Positions 1 to 9,548 are shown, counted from the stretch's first letter. The stretch is DNA of 64,000 nucleotides from Dehalococcoidia bacterium (GCA_965204815.1 OZ242014.1:3112532-3176531); one strand, 5' to 3'. Numbers and translations are program-made. The notes: generated by a model from the sequence alone, not told the origin.

Positions 1-104
1 CGGGCGCTCGCCGCGCGGGGCGGCGCGGGCTCGCCCTGCGACGGGGGATGTTGAAGAACTAGCTAGGCCGATGCGCGGAGACAGCGCGGCCCGTGGGGCA
101 CGGG

Positions 105-133
105 TTGCGATTGTACTTGGCCATGGGTATATT
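105..133 (+). promoter_or_regulatory. candidate sigma70-type promoter for pncA-pncB
   Basis: TTGCGA (105-110), 17 nt spacer, TATATT (128-133), about 80 nt upstream of the ATG at 213. Confidence 0.35.
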
Positions 134-212
134 TGGGGCGCGGTCCGGGCGGAACGGCGCTCCCGGCTGACTTCGCCGGCTAACTTCGAGAGTACATCCC
201 GGGGCAGGTGAC

Positions 213-749
213 ATGATGAGCAATGCCTTGCTGGTAGTGGACATGGTGGTAGGCTTCATGGAGCCGGGCCACAACCTTTACTGCGGCGACGAGGCGCGGG
301 AGATAGTGCCGCGCGTGCGCAGGCTCATAGAGGCAGAGCTGGCCAGCGGCTCGTCGGTGTTCTTCATTTGCGACAACCACGACCCCGACGACCTCGAGTT
401 CCAGATGTTCCCGGTGCACTGCGTGAAGGGCACAGAGGAGGCCGAGGTCATCGGCGAGCTGGCGGGCTACGAGGGCGCCATCATTCCGAAGCGCCGGTAC
501 AGCGCGTTTTTCGACACCGACCTGGAACGGCGGCTCGCCGAGTTGGCGCCGGAGAAGATCATCATCTGTGGCGTTTGCACCGACATCTGCGTCATGCACA
601 CCGCGTCGGACGCGCGCAACCGCGACTACACGGTGGAAGTGCGGGCCGACTGCGTCGCCAGCTTCGATCCTTCTGCCCACGCATACGCCCTGGACCACAT
701 GGAGAAGATTCTGGGTGCGACTGTAACCCGGCCCGAGCCGGCCGCGTAG
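213..749 (+). CDS. pncA: nicotinamidase / isochorismatase-family hydrolase
   Basis: 178 aa. N-terminal LLVVDMV Asp, conserved Lys region (IIPKRRYSAF) and catalytic Cys context IICGVCTDICV typical of the isochorismatase/nicotinamidase family. Followed by a nicotinate phosphoribosyltransferase gene. Confidence 0.8.
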   Translation: MMSNALLVVDMVVGFMEPGHNLYCGDEAREIVPRVRRLIEAELASGSSVFFICDNHDPDDLEFQMFPVHCVKGTEEAEVIGELAGYEGAIIPKRRYSAFFDTDLERRLAELAPEKIIICGVCTDICVMHTASDARNRDYTVEVRADCVASFDPSAHAYALDHMEKILGATVTRPEPAA

Positions 750-808
750 CGTCCATCCTCTTCCAACCGTGCGACCGCCCCGCAACAGACTGATGGAGCA
801 TACGGCAG

Positions 809-1807
809 ATGGTTAGCCCTGACTTCGAGATCAGGCCCTCTATACTGGTCGGCGACACGGCCGACGTGTTTCTGCACCGGACACTCTCCATACTTCGGGC
901 CGAGGGCATAAATCCCCACGTCAGCGTGGAGTTTTCGGCCAGCCGGGCGGGTATCTTCTGCGGTCTGCGCGAGGTGCGTTCGCTGCTGCAAAAGGTGCTG
1001 CCTGACGCGGGCGTGGAGGTGTGGGCGCTGGAAGAGGGCGAAGCCATGGAGGCCAGTGAGGTCGCGCTCCGCATTAACGCGCCGTACAGCACGTTCGGGC
1101 TGTACGAGACGGCCCTGTGCGGCACGCTCGCCTCTTGCAGCGGCTGGGCAACCGCCGCCCGCGAGTGCGTGGACGCCGCGGATGGCCTGCCGGTGCTGGC
1201 CATGGGAGCACGGCATTTGCACCCGAACGTTTCCGCCGTGCTGGATTACTCCGCGGTAACCGGGGGATGCGTGTCGTGTTCGACCATGCAGGGAGGTCGG
1301 CTGGCCAGTGTAACGCCATCCGGCACAATGCCGCACGTGCTCCCGCTGCTGACGGGGGACACACTGTCGGCCATCGAGGCATTCGACCGGCACATGCCGT
1401 CCGAGATTCCGCGCATCGCCCTGGTGGACACCTTTCGCGACGAGGCGGAGGAAGCGATACGGGTAGCGGACGTGCTGAAGGACAGGCTAAGGGGCATCAT
1501 GATAGATACGGCGAAGGAGCGGGGCGGCGTCGGCGTAGAGTTCGTGCGCGAGGTGAGGGCACGGCTGGACCAGGCCGACCACCGCCATGTGGAGATATAC
1601 GTGAGCGGCGGGTTTACGGCGGAAAAGATCCGTGAGTTCGTGAAGGCCGGAGCGCCCGTCCACGGCTTCGCGGTGGGAGAGTACATCGCCGCCGCGCCCC
1701 CGAACAGCTTCACGGCAGACATTCACGAGATCGAAGGCCGTCCGGTGGCCAAGCGCGGCCGCATCCCCGGGCAGACCAACAACGCCAATCTCAACCGCAT
1801 CATCTGA
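809..1807 (+). CDS. pncB: nicotinate phosphoribosyltransferase (short archaeal/thermophile type)
   Basis: 332 aa resembling type II phosphoribosyltransferases of the NAPRTase family. Adjacent to pncA. Confidence 0.7.
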   Translation: MVSPDFEIRPSILVGDTADVFLHRTLSILRAEGINPHVSVEFSASRAGIFCGLREVRSLLQKVLPDAGVEVWALEEGEAMEASEVALRINAPYSTFGLYETALCGTLASCSGWATAARECVDAADGLPVLAMGARHLHPNVSAVLDYSAVTGGCVSCSTMQGGRLASVTPSGTMPHVLPLLTGDTLSAIEAFDRHMPSEIPRIALVDTFRDEAEEAIRVADVLKDRLRGIMIDTAKERGGVGVEFVREVRARLDQADHRHVEIYVSGGFTAEKIREFVKAGAPVHGFAVGEYIAAAPPNSFTADIHEIEGRPVAKRGRIPGQTNNANLNRII

Positions 1808-1837
1808 AGCGGCACGGCGCCGGCCATCCGGCGCACG

Positions 1838-3283
1838 TCACTTCAACGGCTCGACGCGCACCTCGAGCTGAGGCGCGTTGCCCCGCCCTGCCCTCGCCCA
1901 CTCCGCCACGCGGCATCCGACCACCCAGGCGACGCCGCGCGGCGTGACCAGCAGGGGCACTCGGTCGCGCCATTCCCGCGGTATCTTCTCGTCGACCATG
2001 AGGTCCTGGATCTTCTTGGTGTGGGTCATTCCCTGGGGCTGGAATCGCTCGCCCGGCATACGAGTGCGGAGCCAGGCGGAGGCGCCGACGCTCGCGGCGT
2101 CGAGCCTCGCGACGAAGGGCGGGCCGTCGGCGAGATTGCGAGGCTGTGCCGCGTCGGGCGGTGCGCTTCGCTCCGCGAGCCGCGCGGTCACGGTCCACGG
2201 CCCGGCCCGCGACTCGCCGGGGACCGTGAGGCCGTGGCAGCCATCGAGCGGCGGCAGCGGGCAAGCATCGCACAGACCGCGCGAGAGCAGGGCGCGCTCG
2301 TATCCCACCAGGAAGCGCACGCCGCCCGGCAGGTCCAGCGACGTGCCCGCCCGTCCATGGATGAGCCTCGTCATCTCGTCCACGTGGTACTGGCCCAGGT
2401 CGCGAGCGCTTCCCCGGCACATCGCAAAGGCTCGGCGAAGCGCGTGCGCCTGAATGGCGGGATGCAGCCGGGTGAAGGCGTCGCGGACTAGTGCTACGCC
2501 TTCATCGGTCCGCGACGCTAGAGCGGACATGGCCGCGTCCACCTGCTCCTCGAGGTAGGCCAGATCCCTCGCGCTCGAGCGCGCCAACCGGATCAGAGCG
2601 CGCCTGACCGATGGGTTGTAGGTCTCGAGGTGAGGGATCAGCTCAAGCCGCACGCGATTGCGGAGCATGTCGGTTGAGGCATTGGATTCGTCATCGCGGG
2701 GGGCGAGACCCAGCTCGCGGCAGAACTCGGCCACTTCGGCGCGGGTCACGTTCAGAAGCGGCCGCACCAGGGCGACGCTGCCGACGGTCGAGGCCCGGCG
2801 GCTGATCGGACTCATGCCGCGCAAGCCCGCGAGGCCGCTGCCGCGCAGCAGGCGCATGAGCACGGTCTCGGCCTGGTCGTCGGCCGTGTGGCCCAGGGCC
2901 ACGGCGTCGGCGCCCTGCCGCTCGGCCACTCGCGCGAGGAATGCGTAGCGGACGTCGCGGGCGGCCTCCTCGAGCGACAGCTTGCGCTCCCTGCGGTAGG
3001 CGGGGACGTCGGCGCGCTCGCACGTGCCCTCCAGGCCGAGCCGACGGAACTCGGCGGCGGCGAACCGGGCGTCCGCGGCGGACTCCTTGCCGCGCAGCCC
3101 GTGATCCAGGTGTGCGCCGTGCAGCCGAATCCCCGTTTCGGCGCTGAGGGAGTGGAGCGCGTGGAGCAGGGCGAGCGAGTCCGGTCCCCCGGACACGGCG
3201 ACGACCAGCAGGCTGTCCCGCGCGAGGCCCGCGCCCTCGAGCGCCTCGCGGACTCGGGAGCGGACCCGGGCGGCGGCGCTCAC
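1838..3283 (-). CDS. tilS: tRNA(Ile)-lysidine synthetase
   Basis: PP-loop motif VAVSGGPDSLALL near the N-terminus. The track ORF extends to 3349, but the GTG at 3283-3281 forms a GTGA overlap with the upstream stop and is the more likely start. Confidence 0.85.
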   Translation of the reverse strand: MSAAARVRSRVREALEGAGLARDSLLVVAVSGGPDSLALLHALHSLSAETGIRLHGAHLDHGLRGKESAADARFAAAEFRRLGLEGTCERADVPAYRRERKLSLEEAARDVRYAFLARVAERQGADAVALGHTADDQAETVLMRLLRGSGLAGLRGMSPISRRASTVGSVALVRPLLNVTRAEVAEFCRELGLAPRDDESNASTDMLRNRVRLELIPHLETYNPSVRRALIRLARSSARDLAYLEEQVDAAMSALASRTDEGVALVRDAFTRLHPAIQAHALRRAFAMCRGSARDLGQYHVDEMTRLIHGRAGTSLDLPGGVRFLVGYERALLSRGLCDACPLPPLDGCHGLTVPGESRAGPWTVTARLAERSAPPDAAQPRNLADGPPFVARLDAASVGASAWLRTRMPGERFQPQGMTHTKKIQDLMVDEKIPREWRDRVPLLVTPRGVAWVVGCRVAEWARAGRGNAPQLEVRVEPLK

Positions 3284-3942
3284 TGGCCCGCGCGCTGCCG
3301 GGCCGTTTGGGGCGCGGGTGCGGCGGACGCGAGATCTCGGAGATGCCACGTCTCGTTGGAGGAGACGAGGGAGACGCGGTCGACGGCGAACTCGAGCCGC
3401 GTTATGCAGCCCGGCTGCTGGCGCATCCGGCGCGCATTGTCCAGCGGCACGCGGAGCGCCGCGCTGAGCACGGCCTGGATCACGAAGTTGTGGGTGACCG
3501 CGACGACCGTGGCGTCGGGGTGACGCGCGACCAGGTCGCGAACGGCGCGCCAGGCGCGACAGCGGACGTCGCTGAGCGACTCGCCGCCGGGCATGGTGAC
3601 CTCGCCGGCGTCCTCGGCCCAGCGGCGCATGAACTCCGGATAGCGCTCGCGCACCTGGGCAATGGTCAGGCCGTCCAGGTCGCCCACGTCCGCCTCGCGC
3701 AGGTCGGGGACCGTGGTCGGGAGGGTGCCGTGGGCATCGGCAATGGGCCGGGCCGTCTGGGCGGCGCGGGAGAGCGGGCTGGCGTAGAGGTGGAACGGGG
3801 CGTCCGGAGCCAGCGCGCCGGCGACCGCGAGCGCCTGCGCCTCGCCGAGGTCGCTGAGAGGCGCGTCGCTGAGGCCCTGCACACGGCCATCGCGGTTCAG
3901 CAGCGTCTCCCCGTGCCTAACCAGAATCAGGTTCGCAGCCAA
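3280..3942 (-). CDS. histidine phosphatase family protein (phosphoglycerate mutase-like)
   Basis: 220 aa with the N-terminal RHG motif LILVRHGETLLN and the downstream H of the family. Confidence 0.8.
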   Translation of the reverse strand: MAANLILVRHGETLLNRDGRVQGLSDAPLSDLGEAQALAVAGALAPDAPFHLYASPLSRAAQTARPIADAHGTLPTTVPDLREADVGDLDGLTIAQVRERYPEFMRRWAEDAGEVTMPGGESLSDVRCRAWRAVRDLVARHPDATVVAVTHNFVIQAVLSAALRVPLDNARRMRQQPGCITRLEFAVDRVSLVSSNETWHLRDLASAAPAPQTARQRAGQ

Positions 3943-3943
3943 C

Positions 3944-5215
3944 TTAGTCCTCGGCGGGATGAAGCCTGGTAACCCGTACGGTCTCGATCTTGAGGTTGTT
4001 CATCTCCATGATTTCGAACTTGAGCTGGTTGAAGTCGAACTGTTCGCCCTCGGTCGGAATGTGGCCCAACTCCGCGAGGACGAAACCGGCTACGGTGTCG
4101 AAGTCGCCCTCGGGGATGCCGATTTCCAGCTCGTCGTTGGCCTCGGCTATGCTCATCGAGCCATCGAGCTGGAAGGTGTTTTCGTCGATCGCCTCGAACT
4201 CCTCCTCCAGGGCGACGCCCTCCTCGCCCACGGGGCCCACGACCACCTCCAGCAGGCGCTTCAGGGTGACCAGTCCGGACAGGCCGCCGTACTCGTCCAC
4301 CACCATGGCCATCTGGTTTCCGGTGCTTCTCAGCTCCTCGAAGAGCTCCGCGACTCTCTTGGTCTCGGGGACGAAGTAGCAGTCGCGAATGTAATCGGTC
4401 ACGGAGTCTTCGAATCTCAGCTTGTCAGTGGAAATAGCCCTCAGCACGTCCTTGACGGACAGGATGCCGATGATGTTGTCGCCGCCGCCGCGGATGACGG
4501 GGAAGCGGGTGTGGCTGTAGTCGGCGTAGACTGCGAGGAAGTCGCGGAGCGTCGCGCCGTGCTCGACGGAGACGATCCGGTTGCGTGGGGTCATCACCTC
4601 GCGCACCTGGCTGTCGCCGAAGTTGAGCACGTTTTCGAGCATGTCGACCTCGCCCGGCTCGAAGGTGCCCTCCGCCTCACCGATGTCGAACAGGGTGCGC
4701 AGCTCGGCCTCGGTGATGGACTCCCTCGGCGCGTCTTCGGCGCCCAACGCGGAGCGCGTGCCTCGTGTCATCCACTGCAGGGCCATCACGAACGGCCACA
4801 GCACAAGCTCTACCGCCTTGAGCGGGCGCGCGTAAAGGAACGCCATCCGCTCGGAGTTGTGGACGGCGAAGGTCTTCGGCACAATCTCGCCGAACACCAG
4901 GAGGGCCAGCGTGCCGGCTACGGTGGCCACGACGACTCCAGTGTTCTCGCCGAGCAGGTCGACGGCTATGACGGTGACGACGGCGGTGAAGGCGACGTTT
5001 ACGAGGTTGTTGCCGAGCAGGATCGTGGCGAGCAGTCTTTCGGGTTGTTCCAGCATCCCCGCGATCCGCCGCGCGCCCGGCACGTTGCTGTTGACCAGGT
5101 GGGCGACCCGCACCCTTTCCAGCGAGAGGTACGCGGCCTCGGAGCTGGAAAAGAAGGCCGAGAAGAGCACAAAGGCGACTATCAGGAACAGGTTGAGCAG
5201 GCCGGCGTCGGACAT
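3944..5215 (-). CDS. CNNM/HlyC-CorC family membrane protein (DUF21 - CBS pair - CorC_HlyC)
   Basis: 423 aa. N-terminal multi-TM DUF21-like region, a CBS pair, and a C-terminal transporter-associated domain pattern. Confidence 0.8.
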   Translation of the reverse strand: MSDAGLLNLFLIVAFVLFSAFFSSSEAAYLSLERVRVAHLVNSNVPGARRIAGMLEQPERLLATILLGNNLVNVAFTAVVTVIAVDLLGENTGVVVATVAGTLALLVFGEIVPKTFAVHNSERMAFLYARPLKAVELVLWPFVMALQWMTRGTRSALGAEDAPRESITEAELRTLFDIGEAEGTFEPGEVDMLENVLNFGDSQVREVMTPRNRIVSVEHGATLRDFLAVYADYSHTRFPVIRGGGDNIIGILSVKDVLRAISTDKLRFEDSVTDYIRDCYFVPETKRVAELFEELRSTGNQMAMVVDEYGGLSGLVTLKRLLEVVVGPVGEEGVALEEEFEAIDENTFQLDGSMSIAEANDELEIGIPEGDFDTVAGFVLAELGHIPTEGEQFDFNQLKFEIMEMNNLKIETVRVTRLHPAED

Positions 5216-5290
5216 GGCTATACCTCCGGCGCTGGCCCGGCCCGGTGCGCAGGCACCCCCGCTCTTGGCGCGTCTGCGGACACGATACGG

Positions 5291-5794
5291 CTACCGGAGG
5301 CCCGCGTCTGCCGGGTGCGCGGACGCTTCCTCGCGGGTCTCGTCCCACAGCCGGGACGCCGCGGAGCGCACGGCCGAGCTGCCGAATCCGCGGCGTTGGA
5401 GGTGTGCCCATATGCGGCGGGTGAATACCTCGCGCCTCTCGCCCCGCAGCCGGTCCGCGAGTCGGGAGGCGGCGCGGTAGGCGTTCTCGGTGTCGTCGAC
5501 GCCGTCTACCGCGGCCTCGACCGTGTCGGGAGAGACGCCCTTGTCCAGCAACTCGCGCCTGATGCGCGAGGCGGCGCGAGGGCGGTGGGTGACGCGGCTC
5601 TCGGTCCACATCCGGGCGAAATCGGTGTCGTCGAGCAGGCCCGCGCGCTTGAGGGACTGCAGGGCGTCATCGACGGCGGACGGAGGGAAGCGGCGCGAGA
5701 GGCGTTCTCTCACCTCTGCCTCCGAGCGCGGTCGGTAGGAGACGAGGCGCAGGGCAGCGGCGCGGGCGTGTTTGAGGGGTTCGCTATCGTTCAT
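5291..5794 (-). CDS. recX: RecA regulator RecX
   Basis: 167 aa with repeated three-helix RecX-like segments (RSEAEVRERL..., LLDDTDFARMW...). Located downstream of recA. Confidence 0.75.
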   Translation of the reverse strand: MNDSEPLKHARAAALRLVSYRPRSEAEVRERLSRRFPPSAVDDALQSLKRAGLLDDTDFARMWTESRVTHRPRAASRIRRELLDKGVSPDTVEAAVDGVDDTENAYRAASRLADRLRGERREVFTRRIWAHLQRRGFGSSAVRSAASRLWDETREEASAHPADAGLR

Positions 5795-6152
5795 CGAGTC
5801 TATCGAGCTTGTCCACCAGTTCGGCTACGCGTTCGAGATAGGATTCGACCAGTTCGCGCGGCATCAAGCCATCGTAGAAGTTGACGTGCAGAGAACTCGC
5901 GAAAGCGAAGAGGTCACCTATTTCTTGATCACCGGTCTCCTCAGACAGGCGATTGACGGTCTGCCAGAGTTGCCTATGGCCGTCGTGACTCCAGTCGCGA
6001 GTCTCGGCAGCGGCCTTGATCATCTGCGCGGCGGCGCCCCAGCCCTTCTCGGACGCCTGGTTCAGGTCGTCCGCGTCCAGATACTTCCACGCCTTCGCCA
6101 GATAGTCGCGGCCGGTGGTGGTGTGGTAATGGATTCGCTCTTGAGTTGGCAC
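5784..6152 (-). CDS. PaREP1-family (HEPN-like) protein
   Basis: 122 aa. The ASEKGWGAAAQMIKAAA ... SSLHVNFYDGLMP pattern matches my memory of the archaeal PaREP1/PaREP8 family signature. Overlaps the recX start by 11 nt. Confidence 0.6.
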   Translation of the reverse strand: MPTQERIHYHTTTGRDYLAKAWKYLDADDLNQASEKGWGAAAQMIKAAAETRDWSHDGHRQLWQTVNRLSEETGDQEIGDLFAFASSLHVNFYDGLMPRELVESYLERVAELVDKLDRLDER

Positions 6153-6275
6153 GGGGTTCTCTCCAGGCTTCGCGGTCCCGACGGGCGTTCCGATTGGCAG
6201 GGTATTTTACCATACCGCGCGGCAGGTACTGGGACACACCACGCGGCATGAAGTAGGGACGCCTCGCTAGCCCGA

Positions 6276-7331
6276 TCAGCCCACGGCCACCGCGTCCGGG
6301 CGGGGCGCCTCGGCCTCGGCGGGCTGCTCCGGCTGCTCGGGTTCGGGGTTGATCTGCGCGCGGACGGCCGTGTCGATCTGCTCGGTGATATCGGGATTTT
6401 CGCGCATGAACCCCTTGGAGTTTTCGCGGCCCTGGCCGAGCCGGACGTCGCCGAACGAGTAGAAGGCTCCGCGCTTGGTCACCACGGACATCTCGGCGGC
6501 CACATCAAGCAGATCTCCCTCCCTGCTGATGCCCTCATTGAACATGATGTCGAACTCGGCCACGCGGAAGGGAGGCGCGACCTTGTTCTTCACGATGCGC
6601 GCCTTGACCCTGTTGCCGACGATCTCGCTGCCATGCTTGATGGACTCCATCCGACGCATGTCGACGCGCACGGAGCTGTAGAACTTGAGCGCCCTGCCGC
6701 CGGGGGTGACTTCGGGGTTGCCGAAGAAGACGCCCACCTTTTCGCGGAGTTGGTTTATGAACACTACGCAGGTGTTGGAGCGGCTGATGGCGGCGGTGAG
6801 CTTGCGGAGCCCCTGGGACATGAGCCGCGCCTGGAGCCCGACGTGGGTGTCGCCCATGTCGCCCTCCAGTTCGGCCTTGGGCACCATGGCGGCAACGCTG
6901 TCCACGACCACGACGTCCACTGCGCCGCTTCGGACGAGGTATTCGCAGATTTCGAGGGACTGCTCGGCGGTGTCCGGCTGGGACACCAGCAGCTCGTTCA
7001 CGTCTATGCCGCACCTGCCGGCGTAACCGGGGTCCAGGGCGTGCTCGGCGTCGATGTAGGCGGCGACGCCGCCCATTCGCTGGGCAGACGCCATTATGTG
7101 GTAGCCGAGGGTGGACTTGCCGGAAGACTCGGCGCCGTACACCTCGACGACGCGGCCCTTGGGCACTCCGCCGATACCCAGCGCTATGTCGATGGAGATG
7201 GCGCCGGTGGAAATGGCGTCCACGCGGGCCGTGCGATCAGCGTCTCCGAGCTTCATTATAGTGCCGCTACCGAAGTGGCGGTCGATCTGTCCCATCGCGA
7301 GTTCGAGGGCCTTGTTCTTCTCTGTCGTCAT
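6276..7331 (-). CDS. recA: recombinase RecA
   Basis: 351 aa with Walker [12 protein letters not shown]1/L2 regions and canonical RecA sequence throughout. Confidence 0.97.
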   Translation of the reverse strand: MTTEKNKALELAMGQIDRHFGSGTIMKLGDADRTARVDAISTGAISIDIALGIGGVPKGRVVEVYGAESSGKSTLGYHIMASAQRMGGVAAYIDAEHALDPGYAGRCGIDVNELLVSQPDTAEQSLEICEYLVRSGAVDVVVVDSVAAMVPKAELEGDMGDTHVGLQARLMSQGLRKLTAAISRSNTCVVFINQLREKVGVFFGNPEVTPGGRALKFYSSVRVDMRRMESIKHGSEIVGNRVKARIVKNKVAPPFRVAEFDIMFNEGISREGDLLDVAAEMSVVTKRGAFYSFGDVRLGQGRENSKGFMRENPDITEQIDTAVRAQINPEPEQPEQPAEAEAPRPDAVAVG

Positions 7332-7492
7332 TGTGCGCTACTCCAAAAGCTGGTCCCGTTCAGGGTCTGTGCCTGTGGGGCAGGGCCGGCGGACACTGGC
7401 ATCATCGCGACCCGCGAATTCGGGCCATGATACCATGCCGTTTCTGGCCGCTTCAAGGCGAGCCGGTCGCCGCCCTGCACTCATCGCCAGGC

Positions 7493-7532
7493 ATTGTAAC
7501 ACTATTGTACCAATTTGTAAAATATTTGTTCG
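7493..7532 (-). promoter_or_regulatory. candidate recA promoter with overlapping Cheo-like (LexA) box
   Basis: Read on the minus strand: TTTACA (7521-7516), 17 nt spacer, TACAAT (7498-7493). CGAACAAATATTTT (7532-7519) matches 12/14 of CGAACRNRYGTTYC and overlaps the -35. Confidence 0.35.
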
Positions 7533-7540
7533 CATTACGA

Positions 7541-7569
7541 TTTACAGGCCGCCGCGGCCTCTGTATAAT
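7541..7569 (+). promoter_or_regulatory. candidate promoter for the MFS transporter gene (divergent from recA)
   Basis: TTTACA (7541-7546), 17 nt spacer, TATAAT (7564-7569). Confidence 0.4.
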
Positions 7570-7642
7570 CCGCGCACACTCCCAGCCCGCAAGACAGTCA
7601 AGATGAGCCTCTGCACCCATTCGATTATCGCCCCGCCTCGCC

Positions 7643-9106
7643 GTGGGCCGCTCTAGCGGAGAACGGCCCGCGCCGGAGGCCCGGACCGGCGCGGCGGCCA
7701 GGCGGCTTGGGCTTGTGGCCGCGTCGAGCGGCGTGTTCCTCGGTAGCCTCGACATCACCCTCAACGTGGCGCTCCCCGACATCGCCGCGAGCTTCTCGAC
7801 AGATCTGCAGACGGTCCAATGGATGATCCTGTTCTACGTCGGGAGCAGCGCCGGGCTCCAACTCGGCCTGGGGAGCGCCGCGGACGTGTACGGGCTGCGC
7901 CGGTTCTTTCTGGTTGGTCTCGTAGTGTACACCGCGGCAGTTCTGCTGATTGGCCTCGCCCCGCAGCTTTCGATGTTGTTCGGACTGCGTGTTCTGCAGG
8001 CGGTGGGGAACGCCCTGCTCATGGCCTGCGCGCCCGCCCTGGTGACCGGCTTGTACCCGGCACACGAGCGCGGCCGCGCGCTGGGCACTATGGCGGGGCT
8101 TGGCACGCTGGGGATGCTGGTCGGCTCGGTGGTGGGCGGCGGGCTGGTGGACGCGTTCGGCTGGAGGGCGGTGTTTCTCGCGCGAGTGCCGCTGGGACTG
8201 GCCGCGCTGGCGCTTTCGGCGTATGCGCTGCGCGAGAGCGTCTCGGACGAGCCACGCCACGCCTTCGATTTCTGGGGCGCGGCCACGATGTTCACCGGAA
8301 CGGCCTCGTACGTGCTGGCGCTGGCGCTGGGCGGCAGCCTGGGGTGGCGATCCCCAATCGCGGCGGGGCTGGCGCTGGCGTGCGGCGCGTCGCTCGCCGT
8401 CTTTGGGTTCGCCGAGCGACGGGCGGCGCGTCCTGTGCTGGACCTTCGGTTGCTCAGGCACCGGGTGCTCGCACCCGCGTTCGTGTCGGCTTTTCTCATA
8501 ACTATCAGTGGCTTCGTCAACTGGTTCATATTGCCCTTCTTCGTCAGCGACGTCATGGGCCAGAGCGCCCAGACCTGGGGGCTGCTGATGATGCTGATGC
8601 CGCTCACCATGGCGGTGTCTGCGCCGGCGGCGGGCTGGCTGTCGGACCGTGTGCCGCCCGCGTACCTGACGACAGCCGCGGCGCTAATGACGGCGGCGGT
8701 AGTGTTTTCATACGTCGGGCTGGACGGCTCGGCCCGGGTTGTGGACATCGCGGTGCGCAGCGCGGCGATGGGTGTGTGCATGGGTCTGCACGGGGCGGCG
8801 TACGCCAATCTCGTAATGGGCAACGTGCCGTCGAACCGGCTCGGGACGGGCGGCGCGATCATGACGATGTCGCGCAGCCTGGGCACGGTCTCCAGCGTGG
8901 CGCTGTTGAGCGCGTTCGTGGCCGCGCGGGAGGCCTGGCACGCCGGCACGCTCGCGGGAGCGGAGGCCGCGGGCGAGCGGGCGTTCGTGCTGGCGTTCGG
9001 GGACACGTACCTGGCGGCGGCGCTGCTAGGGCTGGCCGGGGCCGCGGTATCCGTCAGCTTCTGGCCGCCCTTCATCCGCTCGCGCCGCTCCGCCTCCTCC
9101 GCCTAG
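7643..9106 (+). CDS. MFS transporter, DHA2-like (14 TM pattern)
   Basis: 487 aa, hydrophobic throughout, with an MFS motif region LGxxxDxxGRR-like (AADVYGLRRFF). The true start may be further downstream. Confidence 0.8.
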   Translation: MGRSSGERPAPEARTGAAARRLGLVAASSGVFLGSLDITLNVALPDIAASFSTDLQTVQWMILFYVGSSAGLQLGLGSAADVYGLRRFFLVGLVVYTAAVLLIGLAPQLSMLFGLRVLQAVGNALLMACAPALVTGLYPAHERGRALGTMAGLGTLGMLVGSVVGGGLVDAFGWRAVFLARVPLGLAALALSAYALRESVSDEPRHAFDFWGAATMFTGTASYVLALALGGSLGWRSPIAAGLALACGASLAVFGFAERRAARPVLDLRLLRHRVLAPAFVSAFLITISGFVNWFILPFFVSDVMGQSAQTWGLLMMLMPLTMAVSAPAAGWLSDRVPPAYLTTAAALMTAAVVFSYVGLDGSARVVDIAVRSAAMGVCMGLHGAAYANLVMGNVPSNRLGTGGAIMTMSRSLGTVSSVALLSAFVAAREAWHAGTLAGAEAAGERAFVLAFGDTYLAAALLGLAGAAVSVSFWPPFIRSRRSASSA

Positions 9107-9113
9107 GCGGAGG

Positions 9114-9287
9114 TCAGGCGACCTCCCTGCGCTGGTGCGCGCCAACCGCCAGCTTGGGCACGGCAACCCCGGACACGTCCAGGTCCTCGAGGTGGCCGCA
9201 CTGCAGGCAGTGCCGGTAGCGGCCGTAGGTGTCCCGCCCAAGCAACATGAAGCCCCTGCACCTGGGGCAACCCGTTAGTCTCAGCAT
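9114..9287 (-). CDS. small zinc-ribbon protein
   Basis: CPRC-x16-CLQC. AAAGGAG lies 8 nt upstream of the ATG at 9287; the track ORF starts earlier at 9320. Paralogous motif to the 23558-23860 gene. Confidence 0.5.
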   Translation of the reverse strand: MLRLTGCPRCRGFMLLGRDTYGRYRHCLQCGHLEDLDVSGVAVPKLAVGAHQRREVA

Positions 9288-9548
9288 CCTGTATGCTCCT
9301 TTCTCATCTGTCTCTGTCATCGGTATGGTGGTCGCGCGTACGGTTTTTTTGCCGGCGAGGCCATGTTAGAACAGGCGTATTGAATAGTTCAAGCGTTCTG
9401 GCGACAGTTTTTCGAACATTTTTTTGACCAGGGCGAATATCTCCCCGCCCTGACCCAAAGAAAACCGGCCTGTGATAAAATGTCTGTCGCACGGCCCGGG
9501 CACACGAGCCGACGGCCGAATTGTCCGCCGACCAGGAGCATCGACCAC

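Noticed and set aside
1-212. A possible partial gene at the 5' edge of the window, and a 21-aa peptide (MAKYNRNPCPTGRAVSAHRPS) on the minus strand.
   Set aside because: No frame is distinguishable by motif or signals in about 60 nt. The region is better explained as the pncA promoter and leader.
3959-5884. Very long ORFs antisense to, or out of frame with, recognised genes. Examples: 3959..5884 (641 aa), 17526..19586 (686 aa), 28892..30610 (572 aa), 57400..59004 (534 aa), 60820..62229 (469 aa), 62777..63925 (382 aa).
   Set aside because: They overlap genes with unmistakable family signatures (CNNM, purL, vWA, nuoL, nusA, infB). Their translations are Arg/Gly/Ala/Pro/His-rich low-complexity sequence typical of stop-poor frames in GC-rich DNA.
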